Source: Candidatus Saccharimonadota bacterium
GTDB lineage: Bacteria; Patescibacteriota; Gracilibacteria; BD1-5; UBA2023
Direction: 5' to 3'
NCBI GenBank assembly: GCA_042852035.1
Contig: BAAFHK010000001.1
Span: 718,308 to 750,307, forward strand
DNA: 32,000 nucleotides
This document shows positions 22,566 to 31,441 of the stretch, piece by piece; the first letter of the stretch is position 1; every line of letters begins with the position of its first letter. The position numbers and the translations under genes are program-made. The notes beneath the pieces were generated by a model. That model saw only the letters and a list, made by a program, of their open reading frames with translations. It had not been told where the DNA came from and searched no databases.

Positions 22566-22991
22566 ATGCAATACAATATACCACCTTGCTTCTATCGTCT
22601 TTCAGTAAAGGCTCTCATACATAATTCAGATTGAAAATTCCTCCTCATAAAAGAAGAGAATGGACTCTGGGAACTCCCAGGTTGAGGATTAGACTATGGT
22701 GAAGAACTCCAAGAATGTCTCAGACGAGAGATTTATGAAGAAATGTGACTTGAGACGGTAAAGATAGCAAGTGAGCCTTGTTATTTTTATACAAGCACTA
22801 ATCTTTCAAAATCAAAACATATCGTAAATGCTCTTTATGAAACAAGTGTGAAAAACTTAGAATTTACCCCCTCAGAAGAATGTGTCGAGATTGGTTTTTT
22901 TACGCTTCAAGAGGCAAGCACTCTTGATACATATCCAAATATTAAGGAATTTCTCAAACACTATAACCCCTCTCGTCATGTCCACGTCTAA
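22566..22991 (+). CDS. Nudix hydrolase (141 aa)
   Basis: ATG 22566 to TAA 22989-22991. Nudix box: GGGLDYGEELQECLRREIYEEMGL. Confidence 0.85.
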
Positions 22992-23307
22992 AGATTCACT
23001 TACATATTTTTTGGAATGTCTCGAATGAACTCCAGACCTTCGAGCAAAGGCAATGTTCTGAGAATACGGTATTTATTCTGGTGACAAGATGTTTGCGCTT
23101 GCCTGTGATAATACCCTCTTCCTTAAGACTTTTCCAGAAACAATTCCCTATTTTTCAGACACAATGACCAAAGCCTACCCAGGAAGTAAAAATACGGCAC
23201 CAGCAAACCCTGAATGGCTCGAAAGTGAAAAAGAAAAGCTTATAGATATCGTAAAAATAACTTTACTATTAACCCCTCCGCCAAAACCAAAAAAGAAAAA
23301 ATGTTAA
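22978..23307 (+). CDS. TfoX N-terminal domain protein (109 aa)
   Basis: ATG 22978 overlaps the Nudix gene by 14 nt; the gene ends at TAA 23305-23307. The core AMFGEYGIYSGDKMFALACDNTLFLKTFPET matches the TfoX_N pattern as I recall it. Lys/Pro-rich C-terminus. Confidence 0.7.
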
Positions 23308-24620
23308 CCCTTATACCTCTCTTTTGCTTTTGCAGCACTCTCTTTCTGGCTCACAATTGGCGGATAGTATACCTCCTTTAGATCGAGTGAATGAATTCTT
23401 TTTGGGTCAATATTCTCAAGCTCAGGAAGGTATTTTTTTATAAATTTTGCCTCTGGATCAAATTTCTCTGATTGAAGAAGAGGGTTAAAGATACGAACTG
23501 GCTTCGGGTCAGCACCAACCGAGGCGCTCCACTGCCAATTACCGATATTTACTGCCTCATCATAGTCGATGAGATATTTTTTAAACCAACGTTCACCAAT
23601 CCTCCAATCAATACCGAGATTCTTCGTAAGAAATGATGCAACCACCATACGGAGTCGGTTATGCATCCAGTTTGTCTCATAGAGTTGTTTAATGGCAGCA
23701 TCAATGAGTGGATATCCCGTCCTAGCATTTTCGAACATTTTCCATTCATAGTCTTGAGTATCTTGAGACCAAGCTATACTTCTTCGTCTCTCCTGAAATT
23801 CTAGAGAATATGTAAAGGGGAAATAATAGGCAATATGATACCAAAATTCTCGCCAAATAATTTCCGATAGCAAGGAAGGATTATCTCATACCTTATGATA
23901 TATTTCTCTTACTGAAAAAATACCAAATCGTATATAAGGAGAAAGTCTTGTAGATCCGTCAATGGATGGAAAGTTTCGTAACTCATCATAACGAGAAAAA
24001 TCCCTTTCTAATCGTTCTCGACCAAATTTTACAGTCCAAAATGGATGATATGGCGCCTGGATAATCTCTCGAACTTTTTTTCTTTCTTGAGGAATAAACC
24101 ATTTTACTTTTGATCCATCTATCTCTTTAATTATAAGCCTCTCAGGATGAGCAAGAAGGAATTTCTTCCAGAGCATAGAAAATGGAGTAAATACCTTCCT
24201 CTGATCTACCTCATCTGGCTCCACCATGAGAAAGTCCTGAAATGAGTGAAATGCAATTGATCGACTATCACACAGAGCAATAAGTGATTCATCACGTGCT
24301 TTTCATTTCGGAGAGTAAGATCTATTTATAAAGAGAGCATTTATATCATGCTCCTTGAGAATTTCTTCTACAACTCTTTTTGGATCTCATTGATAAACCG
24401 TAATAGCTCATCCATACAATCTCAGTCATTCATCTATATATTCAAGTGCTTCTTTTATGAAACCAAATCGAACATCATTTTCACCAAAATCTTGAATGGC
24501 ACGAGAATCATGAATAAAAATAGGAAATATTTCCTCGGAATTTTTAATTGCCTCTATAAGTCACGTATTATCATGCAATCTGAGATCCTGTCGGAAAATA
24601 AAAAGACTTCGTTTATACAT
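23304..24620 (-). CDS. phrB: Deoxyribodipyrimidine (CPD) photolyase, class I type (438 aa)
   Basis: ATG 24618-24620 to TAA 23304-23306. It joins track ORFs 23304-23873 and 23886-24227 with the upstream part. Motifs: LFIFRQDLRLHDNTGL, TRLSPYIRFGIFSVREIY, WREFWYHI, TGYPLIDAAIKQLYETNWMHNRLRMVVASFL, NIGNWQWSASVGADPKP. Confidence 0.92.
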
Positions 24621-24661
24621 GAAACGAAGATATAAAAAATTTCGAGAATTACAATAAAAAA

Positions 24662-24970
24662 CTATCTTCTTAAGCTATATCTGAAAAAATGAAGAAGTTT
24701 ATGAATACGGAAAGTAAAAAATAATCGAATAGAATATCTTTTTGTTTCCTTAATACCAAAAATAAGTATTCATGCCATGCTCATAAATACTAGACCAATA
24801 GGAATCGGACTAAGGAATCCAATAATTCACATGAGAAAAAATAAAAATGAAAGGAAGATTCTCAAAGTCGAAGGAAGAATCATTATCTTATCATAAATTG
24901 GATGAATTCTTAGAGATTCAAAAAAATCATTCAATTGAATCCGATATATTGCTTTTGCTTTAGCATTCAT
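24662..24970 (-). CDS. Small hypothetical membrane protein (102 aa)
   Basis: ATG 24968-24970 to TAG 24662-24664. Two hydrophobic segments: LRIFLSFLFFLMGIIGFLSPIPIGLVFMSMAGILIFG. Confidence 0.5.
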
Positions 24971-24991
24971 AGATAAATAATACTCCAATTC

Positions 24992-25024
24992 ATCAAAAAA
25001 ATACGCTTTAGTAGAGCGTATTTT
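24992..25024 (-). terminator. Rho-independent terminator downstream of the PPIase gene
   Basis: Stem aaaatacgct (24998-25007) / agcgtatttt (25015-25024) with a 7-nt loop. The A-run on the plus strand gives a U-tract on the minus strand. Confidence 0.65.
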
Positions 25025-25064
25025 AAGAAAAAATATCTTGCAAAAACAATCTGGAATTTTCTTA

Positions 25065-25541
25065 TTAATTAAGTAGCGTGGCCTTTACAATTTTTACCTC
25101 AGATTTTGGCCTATCCTGAGAGTCTGTAGGAGTAGCTTCTATAAGATCAACCACCTCTATACCGGATATAACATGACCAAATATGGTATGTTTTCTATCC
25201 AAAAAAGAGGCATCATGTGTGGTTACAATAAAAAACTGCGAACCATTCGTGTTTCGACCAGCATTAGCCATAGAAATAACTCATCGTTTATGAGTAAGGT
25301 CGAATGTAAATTCATCTTGGAAGGATTTTCCCCAAATACTTTCCCCCCCTCTTCCTGTTCAGGTTGGATCTCCTCATTGTATCATAAAATCTCGGATGAC
25401 CCGGTGAAAGATAATCCCATCGTAGTAGCCATTTTTTACATGGGTAGTAAAATTTTCTACTGCTTTTGGTGCATATTGTGGAAAGAGCTCGAGAGTAATG
25501 TCTCCGAGATTCGTAGAAAGAAGAATTTGAGGTTGATTCAT
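25065..25541 (-). CDS. ppiB: Cyclophilin-type peptidyl-prolyl cis-trans isomerase (158 aa)
   Basis: ATG 25539-25541 to TAA 25065-25067. The motif [27 protein letters not shown] has TGA at 25374-25376 and 25359-25361. Also [15 protein letters not shown] and HTIFGHV. Confidence 0.92.
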
Positions 25542-25579
25542 AAAATAGAAATTGGTGAATGAATTTTAATAAAATCTTT

Positions 25580-25879
25580 CTACATTCCAGGAATATTGAG
25601 CCCCATCTGACCCATAACTCCTCTCATTCTCTCAGCAGCAATTTCTTGAGCTTTCTTCATCCCTTTATTTACCGCATCTGTGATTGCCTTCTCAAGCTTT
25701 GTTTGATCTTTTAGAATAGACGCATCCTCTATAACCGTATTTACAACCTTGAGTTGTCCATCGATAGTAACGACTACACCATCAACTTCAGCTTCAATAT
25801 GAGTATTACTGAGTTCTTCTTGAATCTTTTGAGCTTGTTGTTGTAATTTCATGAGCTCTTGTGCTTGTTTGAAGTCCAT
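25580..25879 (-). CDS. ybaB: YbaB/EbfC-family nucleoid-associated protein (99 aa)
   Basis: This track ORF is intact and has no TGA. Motifs: MKLQQQAQKIQEEL, EAEVDGVVVTIDGQLKVVNTVI, AITDAVNKGMKKAQE. TAG stop. Confidence 0.85.
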   Translation of the reverse strand: MDFKQAQELMKLQQQAQKIQEELSNTHIEAEVDGVVVTIDGQLKVVNTVIEDASILKDQTKLEKAITDAVNKGMKKAQEIAAERMRGVMGQMGLNIPGM

Positions 25880-25962
25880 ATAAAAAAGTGAATAAGAATA
25901 AATTGTTTTATAGATACGAAAACGAAGGGATTATAAAAAAAAAGGTGATTTTTACAAGCATT

Positions 25963-25990
25963 TTGACGTACGATGATTTCAGAGTACACT
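25963..25990 (+). promoter_or_regulatory. Sigma70-like promoter abutting the start codon (leaderless type)
   Basis: TTGACG (25963-25968), 16-nt spacer, TACACT (25985-25990), then 7 nt to ATG 25998. Confidence 0.45.
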
Positions 25991-25997
25991 TAGGGTG

Positions 25998-26573
25998 ATG
26001 ACCTCAGAAGCCGTATTGTTACTTCTTTTCTTTCTTCTATTTCTCGCTTGGGGAATAATTTTTGGTCTCTATCATATGAGTCGAGATCTTGCTCAATGAA
26101 TCCGGTGATATGGAGTACCTTATGTTCCCACTCCAAATATAAAAATATCTCTTCTCATAGAAAATTTGAATCTAAAAAAATGAGATCTCTTTATTGATAT
26201 AGGATGTTGAGATGGGATAATACTCGAAGCTGTAAAAAAACAATTTCCGGAAGCGAGGGTTATTGGGTATGAAAAATCATACCGACCCTATCTTGATGCA
26301 ATAAAAAAGAGAGAAAAGAACTGACTCGATTACGAGATTCGAAATGAAGACTTTTTTCTAGCAGGTATCAAAGAAGCGAATGTGCTTTATAGCTATATGA
26401 TTTCTTATATGATGGAGAAAATATGGTCAAAAATTAACTCTGATTGCAGAGATGGAACAATCCTCATCTCAAGCTCTTTTCCCATCAGTTCAAAATTACC
26501 AAAAACGACCCTCAATGTATGATGAAATAAGAACCTATTTATCTACGAAGTTGAGAAAAAACGAGTGCCATAA
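25998..26573 (+). CDS. Membrane-anchored class I SAM-dependent methyltransferase (191 aa)
   Basis: ATG 25998 (GTG 25995 is also possible) to TAA 26571-26573. N-terminal TM: AVLLLLFFLLFLAWGIIFGLY. SAM-binding motif I: LFIDIGCGDGIILE. Confidence 0.7.
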
Positions 26574-27249
26574 GAATACCTATTGCGTAAAAAAGAAGGA
26601 AATTTATCTCTATAGTATAGGGCTGTCCCCAGAATATACCGATACTAGCCCAAAGAAAAACAATCGATACAATATGAGCACGAAATTTGAGCTGAAAAAT
26701 AAGAGTTGCTAAAAATGCAACACTCAAAATGATGATTCACCAAATTATAGAATTCTCAGAGTTTACAATTCCAAGATATTTTAGCCAAACAGCAGTATTG
26801 GCAAAAGTTGCTATATGAATCCATGCCATAGTTAGTTCGATAGAACTACGAACTATCCAATCTTCATTTTTCGTATGAAAAAAACTATACCAAAGTGCTC
26901 CGAGAATCAAAAGCATAACCAAAAGAGCAGTACCCATCCACTCAAATCACCAAGGCAAAAGCCAAATCCCACTCAAAATCTGGGCTCATAAAAATACAAA
27001 AATTCATGTACCGATTTTTTGATGTTTTTTTCTATAGAAAGCAAGATAACATCAGGCAACAATCCAAGAAAGATAGATTAAGGACCATATTGAGAAAGTA
27101 AAGCCTGCTGGCGTTATGGGAGTTTGATACTTCGCAGAAATATCAGCCTGAGTGAGTCACCCTATAAGAAAAGGAGAACCAGGAATACTTAAGAGAGAAG
27201 TCATACTAATAACTCCAATCGAGATGATAAGTGGCAGATATCTACGCAT
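26539..27249 (-). CDS. Polytopic membrane protein, tentatively TspO/MBR-related (236 aa)
   Basis: ATG 27247-27249 to TAA 26539-26541, with every codon checked. It joins track ORFs 26539-26727 and 26737-26937. It has about 6 hydrophobic segments, is Trp-rich, and carries the motif ITPAGFTFSIWSLIYLSW. Confidence 0.55.
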
Positions 27250-28006
27250 AGGAAGATGGGTAAGAAATTATAAGCTCCATGAAACCATGATCAGAAAATA
27301 CTGGCTCAAGATTCACCCTGAAAGAATCAACAGAAAAATTCGTTCCAACAAATGCATAATCCGCAAAAGGAAGTGATGCATCGTCGTAAGCACTGGTACG
27401 TGTCGTTTGTATGTCAAATTGACGAATAAGGTTGCTGTACTTTTTCTCAAGCATCTTTACTGATTTCGTCTCGGGATTCAGATTGAAATCTCCAATCAAG
27501 ATAGTACTTGACTCCTTTCATTTTCTCAATTTCCTCAATATTTTCGACTGTAAAATACGTTCTTCAGTATCGTTCTTTTTCGATTTTGGCTGCCATGCAC
27601 CATGAATATTCATAATAGTAGCCCCCTCAACTCTTACTGATAAAACTTTTGTTGAATTATTCCATCTTCACTTATCAAGGAAGGGGGTTTCTGAAAATCA
27701 AAAGAGATATTTTTCAAATCAGAGCTTTTGTTTAAGAGTTTTTCTTACGAATGTAACTATACCAAAACTCTCGCGCACATATTCAGCATAATAGGGAGTA
27801 AAATCAATAAGCACTCTTTCGAGTTTCTCGTAAAAATGAGAATCATATCAATCCTCGAAGCAACGAATATCTTTGGCATCACGAGGAACCTCCTGAAAAC
27901 AAAATATATCAAAATTCGAAGCAATAGACTCTAAATATGGAAGAAAAGTATGACTATATTTTCCATATTCAGTATTGAGAGAAAAAATTCGAAGCTTTTG
28001 ATCCAT
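27242..28006 (-). CDS. Endonuclease/exonuclease/phosphatase (EEP) family protein (254 aa)
   Basis: ATG 28004-28006 to TAG 27242-27244. Motifs: IFSLNTEYG, FCFQEV, IMNIHGAW, ILIGDFNLNPET, VFSDHGF. It overlaps the next gene's start by 8 nt. Confidence 0.8.
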
Positions 28007-28008
28007 AG

Positions 28009-28593
28009 TTATTTTTTACGAAGAATTTGGAGAACTATAAGTAAGAAATTTATCAATATAACTGAACCAGAAAATATCATCGTTGTCCAAGAGTATATTG
28101 AAAGTGCCCCGAGGGACAAGCCATGTTTTATGTTCATAAGGAGGTAGTACCCACTTGGCTCGCTTTGAGGCTTATGCCACACTTTTTTTAGGGTTGGAAT
28201 ATACCCGATAGCATCAGCAAGCATAGCAAAAAGTGATCCATAAAATGGATTCTTTGTCCCAAACCACAAGACTATAGCTCCAAAAGAGAGAAGAAGAGAA
28301 ATCCAATCTAGTAGAGAAAGTTGATTTTTTTTCCCATATTTGAAGGCAAGAAGGAATACAAAGATGCATACAACAAAAGTAACTCCATTTTGTGCACTTC
28401 CCAACCCTCATCAACCTGCAACTTGAGCAGAAAAAGCAATTCCCGTGGTGAGAGCCCAAATACCCCAGCTAAAAATATGGGGCTCAGTTTTTCACTGAAG
28501 GGTGCTTCTTATATATCCAAAATAGGCATAAAGAGCTATCAAAACAGAAGTAAAACTCAGTACTTCTCTCCAATATAAAAAAATACTCTGCAT
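28009..28593 (-). CDS. Hypothetical polytopic membrane protein (194 aa)
   Basis: ATG 28591-28593 to TAA 28009-28011, with every codon checked. It has 5-6 hydrophobic segments, for example FSWGIWALTTGIAFSAQVAGGGG and GVTFVVCIFVFLLAF. It ends 2 nt before the EEP start. Confidence 0.6.
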
Positions 28594-28614
28594 ATGACAG
28601 AGTATAGAGATTTT

Positions 28615-29304
28615 TTATGAGGCATCAATATATTCTTCCTTTCCAATGAGTATATTCCAAGCACTGATTATTCTCTGTTTGAAAGATTTTGACTCATTCT
28701 TTTTGGCATTATCTTTAGCACTAAACTGTGAAGTACCATCCCCAACAAAAAGAGATTCATACCATTCTTTATCTTTCTTCTTCCATTTAAGAAATGAATT
28801 TTCACTTTCTTGAAGGGTTGAATTTTTTAGTCTCTCATCGGCCGTTACTTCCCAACCCAAAAACGCTGGTTTTGTGAACTTATGCTCAATATCACTCATC
28901 TCAACGTCTGCGGTAATTACTCAGAGATTATCTCATTGGTATTCATCGATTTCATAAGTAAGCCCATCAGTATGAGTATAGCTCCTACGAATCTTTATGA
29001 TTTCCCCATGTCCTATCATCATATAGAGAGCATTTCGAGGAAGGACTGGCCATTCATACTCATCTCGAACTGCTGGATCTGTTTTTTTATTTTTAGTCTT
29101 ATTTACCTTAAAACAGAAGAAACTTGACATCTCTCCTCCATTATCGAGATCTTCTATCATCCGAATACGGAGCTTATAGCCATCTTCTTTATGAATAGTG
29201 GATTGCACCAAGCGTTTTCACTTTTGATTGTCTCTGATCTTTATCCAATCTGGATGATATGGATTTACGACGAACTTTCGTTCGATTTCTATATTTTTTG
29301 GCAT
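28615..29304 (-). CDS. CYTH-domain (triphosphate tunnel metalloenzyme) protein with a C-terminal extension (229 aa)
   Basis: ATG 29302-29304 to TAA 28615-28617. It fuses track ORFs 28933-29211 and 28615-28899 through one TGA. N-terminus: EIERKFVV (ExExK). Other motifs: YKLRIRMIED, IIKIRRSY, YEIDEYQ-G-DNLGVITADVEM, KPAFLGWEVTADERLKN. Confidence 0.8.
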
Positions 29305-29310
29305 ACGAGA

Positions 29311-29339
29311 ATTATACACCTTACTGGAAAGAAATGCAA
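29311..29339 (-). promoter_or_regulatory. Near-consensus promoter abutting the CYTH start codon (leaderless type)
   Basis: On the minus strand: TTGCAT (29334-29339), 17-nt spacer, TATAAT (29311-29316), then 6 nt to the ATG at 29302-29304. Confidence 0.5.
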
Positions 29340-29343
29340 CTAT

Positions 29344-29370
29344 TTGACAATTTTATATAAATATTATAAT
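29344..29370 (+). promoter_or_regulatory. Near-consensus promoter abutting the start of the plus-strand orphan gene (leaderless type)
   Basis: TTGACA (29344-29349), 15-nt spacer, TATAAT (29365-29370), then 7 nt to ATG 29378. It is divergent from the CYTH promoter. Confidence 0.5.
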
Positions 29371-29377
29371 TGAAAAA

Positions 29378-30022
29378 ATGCATTCTTATTGATATTCTCA
29401 TCAGAGGTTTCTTCCGAATGATCCACTCCATGCATTGGAGGTAATTTGAGAAACATGAATCCCTGTAGTAATTTCCAAAAAAAGACGAATAAGGAAAGAT
29501 TATTCAGGTCGTGTCTACGAAATTGTTTGTACTCATGATTGAACATGGGAGGCTTCTTATTCCAAAAGAGACTTCCAATACCCCATTCATACAAAGGTTG
29601 AATACAATAGAGAAGTTCATCCAACGAATCTCCCTCTATGATTTCCGAGTGTAGTTGCATGAACTGCAATCCTTGATGAATTTACCAATGAAGAGTGGCA
29701 GAGAAAAATTCAACTTATTGCAAGAATCTATGATGGAGAAAATCTCGGAGTTATACTCATTTGAATACGTGCATTACTTGAGTGATATGATGATATCGAG
29801 GATGAAGCTTTTTTTGAGGTCGATCACAGGAAACTTATCCCGAAAACAGTAAACGCGAGAGTAGTTCAATTATTCCATTGATCCTCCCCAATACCCGATG
29901 GATCACCTTATCATGATAATAAGCTTGCAAAAAATCCTGCGAATGGATGGTGAAAAACTTACGCTTCCCAGGAGATTCAAAATACAGCAAAACTAATCCT
30001 TGCTAGAAATGCTTGTCGGTAG
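29378..30022 (+). CDS. Orphan hypothetical protein (214 aa); I recognise no family
   Basis: ATG 29378 to TAG 30020-30022: 215 codons open under table 25, checked line by line, including 10 TGA codons. The composition looks like a globular protein, for example EFTNEEWQRKIQLIARIYDGENLGVILIGIRALLEGYDDIEDEAFFEVDHRKLIPKTV. A consensus-like promoter lies directly upstream. It competes with minus-strand track ORF 29364-29669. Confidence 0.6.
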
Positions 30023-30679
30023 AATTTTCCAGTTTGCTGGTACTGCATAAACTTTATTTGCACGTACTTGCCAAAACTCTGCTGTCTCCAGGCAATAAGC
30101 TGTCAGATGCCCTCAGAAAGAGCATCATGTATCAAGACCAATAGTATTTTTCGTTACTCGAAGTCCTGCCGTAGCCCAATGACCGTAGATAACAAGTTTT
30201 TCTCAAGTATAACTTTCATACCAAGGTTTTCACTCTATTACACGAATCATTGTTGCAATTTCTGCTGGGGTATCTTTCCCATATTTCGGATGGAACCCAC
30301 CATGAACGAGGATAAAATCTTCTCTTTCGATATATATAGGAAATGAAAGGATCCAATCAGTATATCACATGTCGTTGAGTTTGGTACGTAGTTCATATGT
30401 TTGCTCATATCTATTTTCTATCCACTTGAGGTGATTATTTTCTTCGTAGGAGATGTATTCTTTCTTGAGACTAAAAAATTCATGATTCCCCATTACAGAA
30501 AAAGTATTTGGTCGATTACGGACAAATTCTACAACTTCGAGTGATTTTGGTCATTTATTGATAAGATCTCAGACGAAATAGAGAGTATCATCATCATGAA
30601 TTTCTACTTTTTCGAGCAATGCCATGAGTTCATCATAGCATCCATGGACATCTCCAATAAAAAGAGTTCTTGTTGACAT
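29993..30679 (-). CDS. Calcineurin-like metallophosphoesterase, ApaH/PrpE-like (228 aa)
   Basis: ATG 30677-30679 to TAG 29993-29995, with every codon checked. Motifs: [33 protein letters not shown]. Confidence 0.85.
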
Positions 30680-30682
30680 AGA

Positions 30683-31441
30683 TTATTTCTTAGGAAACCA
30701 CGGGATAAAAACACTTGTCTTTCTTTTATAATCTTCCCATCATGGTCGTCCAGCATATCGAATCTCTTGAAGCGGAACTCCTGAAACAAAAAGAAGAAGG
30801 ATTGTTATAGCTCACCACCCAATAATTGAAAATAAAGAATAGTGGATACCTATAAATGAAATACCCAACCAAAATGTACTTTCTCCGAAATAATTTGGGT
30901 GTCGGGAATATTTATAGAGTCAAGCCATGAAAATCTCACCTGGTTTTTTAATTTTTATAAACTCCCTAAGTTGATAATCAGCGATTAATTCAAAAATAAA
31001 TCCAAATAACGCAAGACTTAATCCAATAATAAGCCACATATCAATTTTGGGTGATTCAGAAGAGAAATTTACGAAAAAAATCGGGAGAGCAACAATACCC
31101 ATAAGGATCATCTGAAGTATATAAACTTGAAAGAATGATCTCAAGTAAAAGTAAGCTCAACTTCCCCATTCTTCCCTCCATTTGGCGTAACGTAAATCTT
31201 CCCTTTTTTCTTTCCATTTTCTTAGACCAATATGAAATGAAAGACGAAGTCACCAGATAATAATCAAAGTAGTAATTATGAATTGGGGAACTTCTTTTTT
31301 TCAAAGAATAAAGCTTCCAATGGCAAGTATGATAAATCATACTCACCAAAATATATCGACTATAGAATTATCCTTTATTTTAACGGATATAAGAAAAAGA
31401 AGGAGATAGCTTATGAATAAACAAATGAATAAAGTTATCAT
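30683..31441 (-). CDS. DUF1295 / steroid-5-alpha-reductase-like membrane protein (252 aa)
   Basis: ATG 31439-31441 to TAA 30683-30685, with every codon checked. Motifs: NSIVDIFWGVGF, DLRYAKWREEWG, LYKYSRHPNYFGE. It ends 3 nt before the phosphoesterase start. Confidence 0.75.

Noticed and set aside
29364-29669. Track ORF of 101 aa on the minus strand between the phosphoesterase and CYTH genes.
   Set aside because: It overlaps a 215-codon plus-strand ORF that has a consensus-like promoter. The minus-frame product is rich in Phe, Leu and Ser, as antisense frames tend to be. The 323 nt upstream of it on the minus strand contain stops in all frames. It is not fully excluded.
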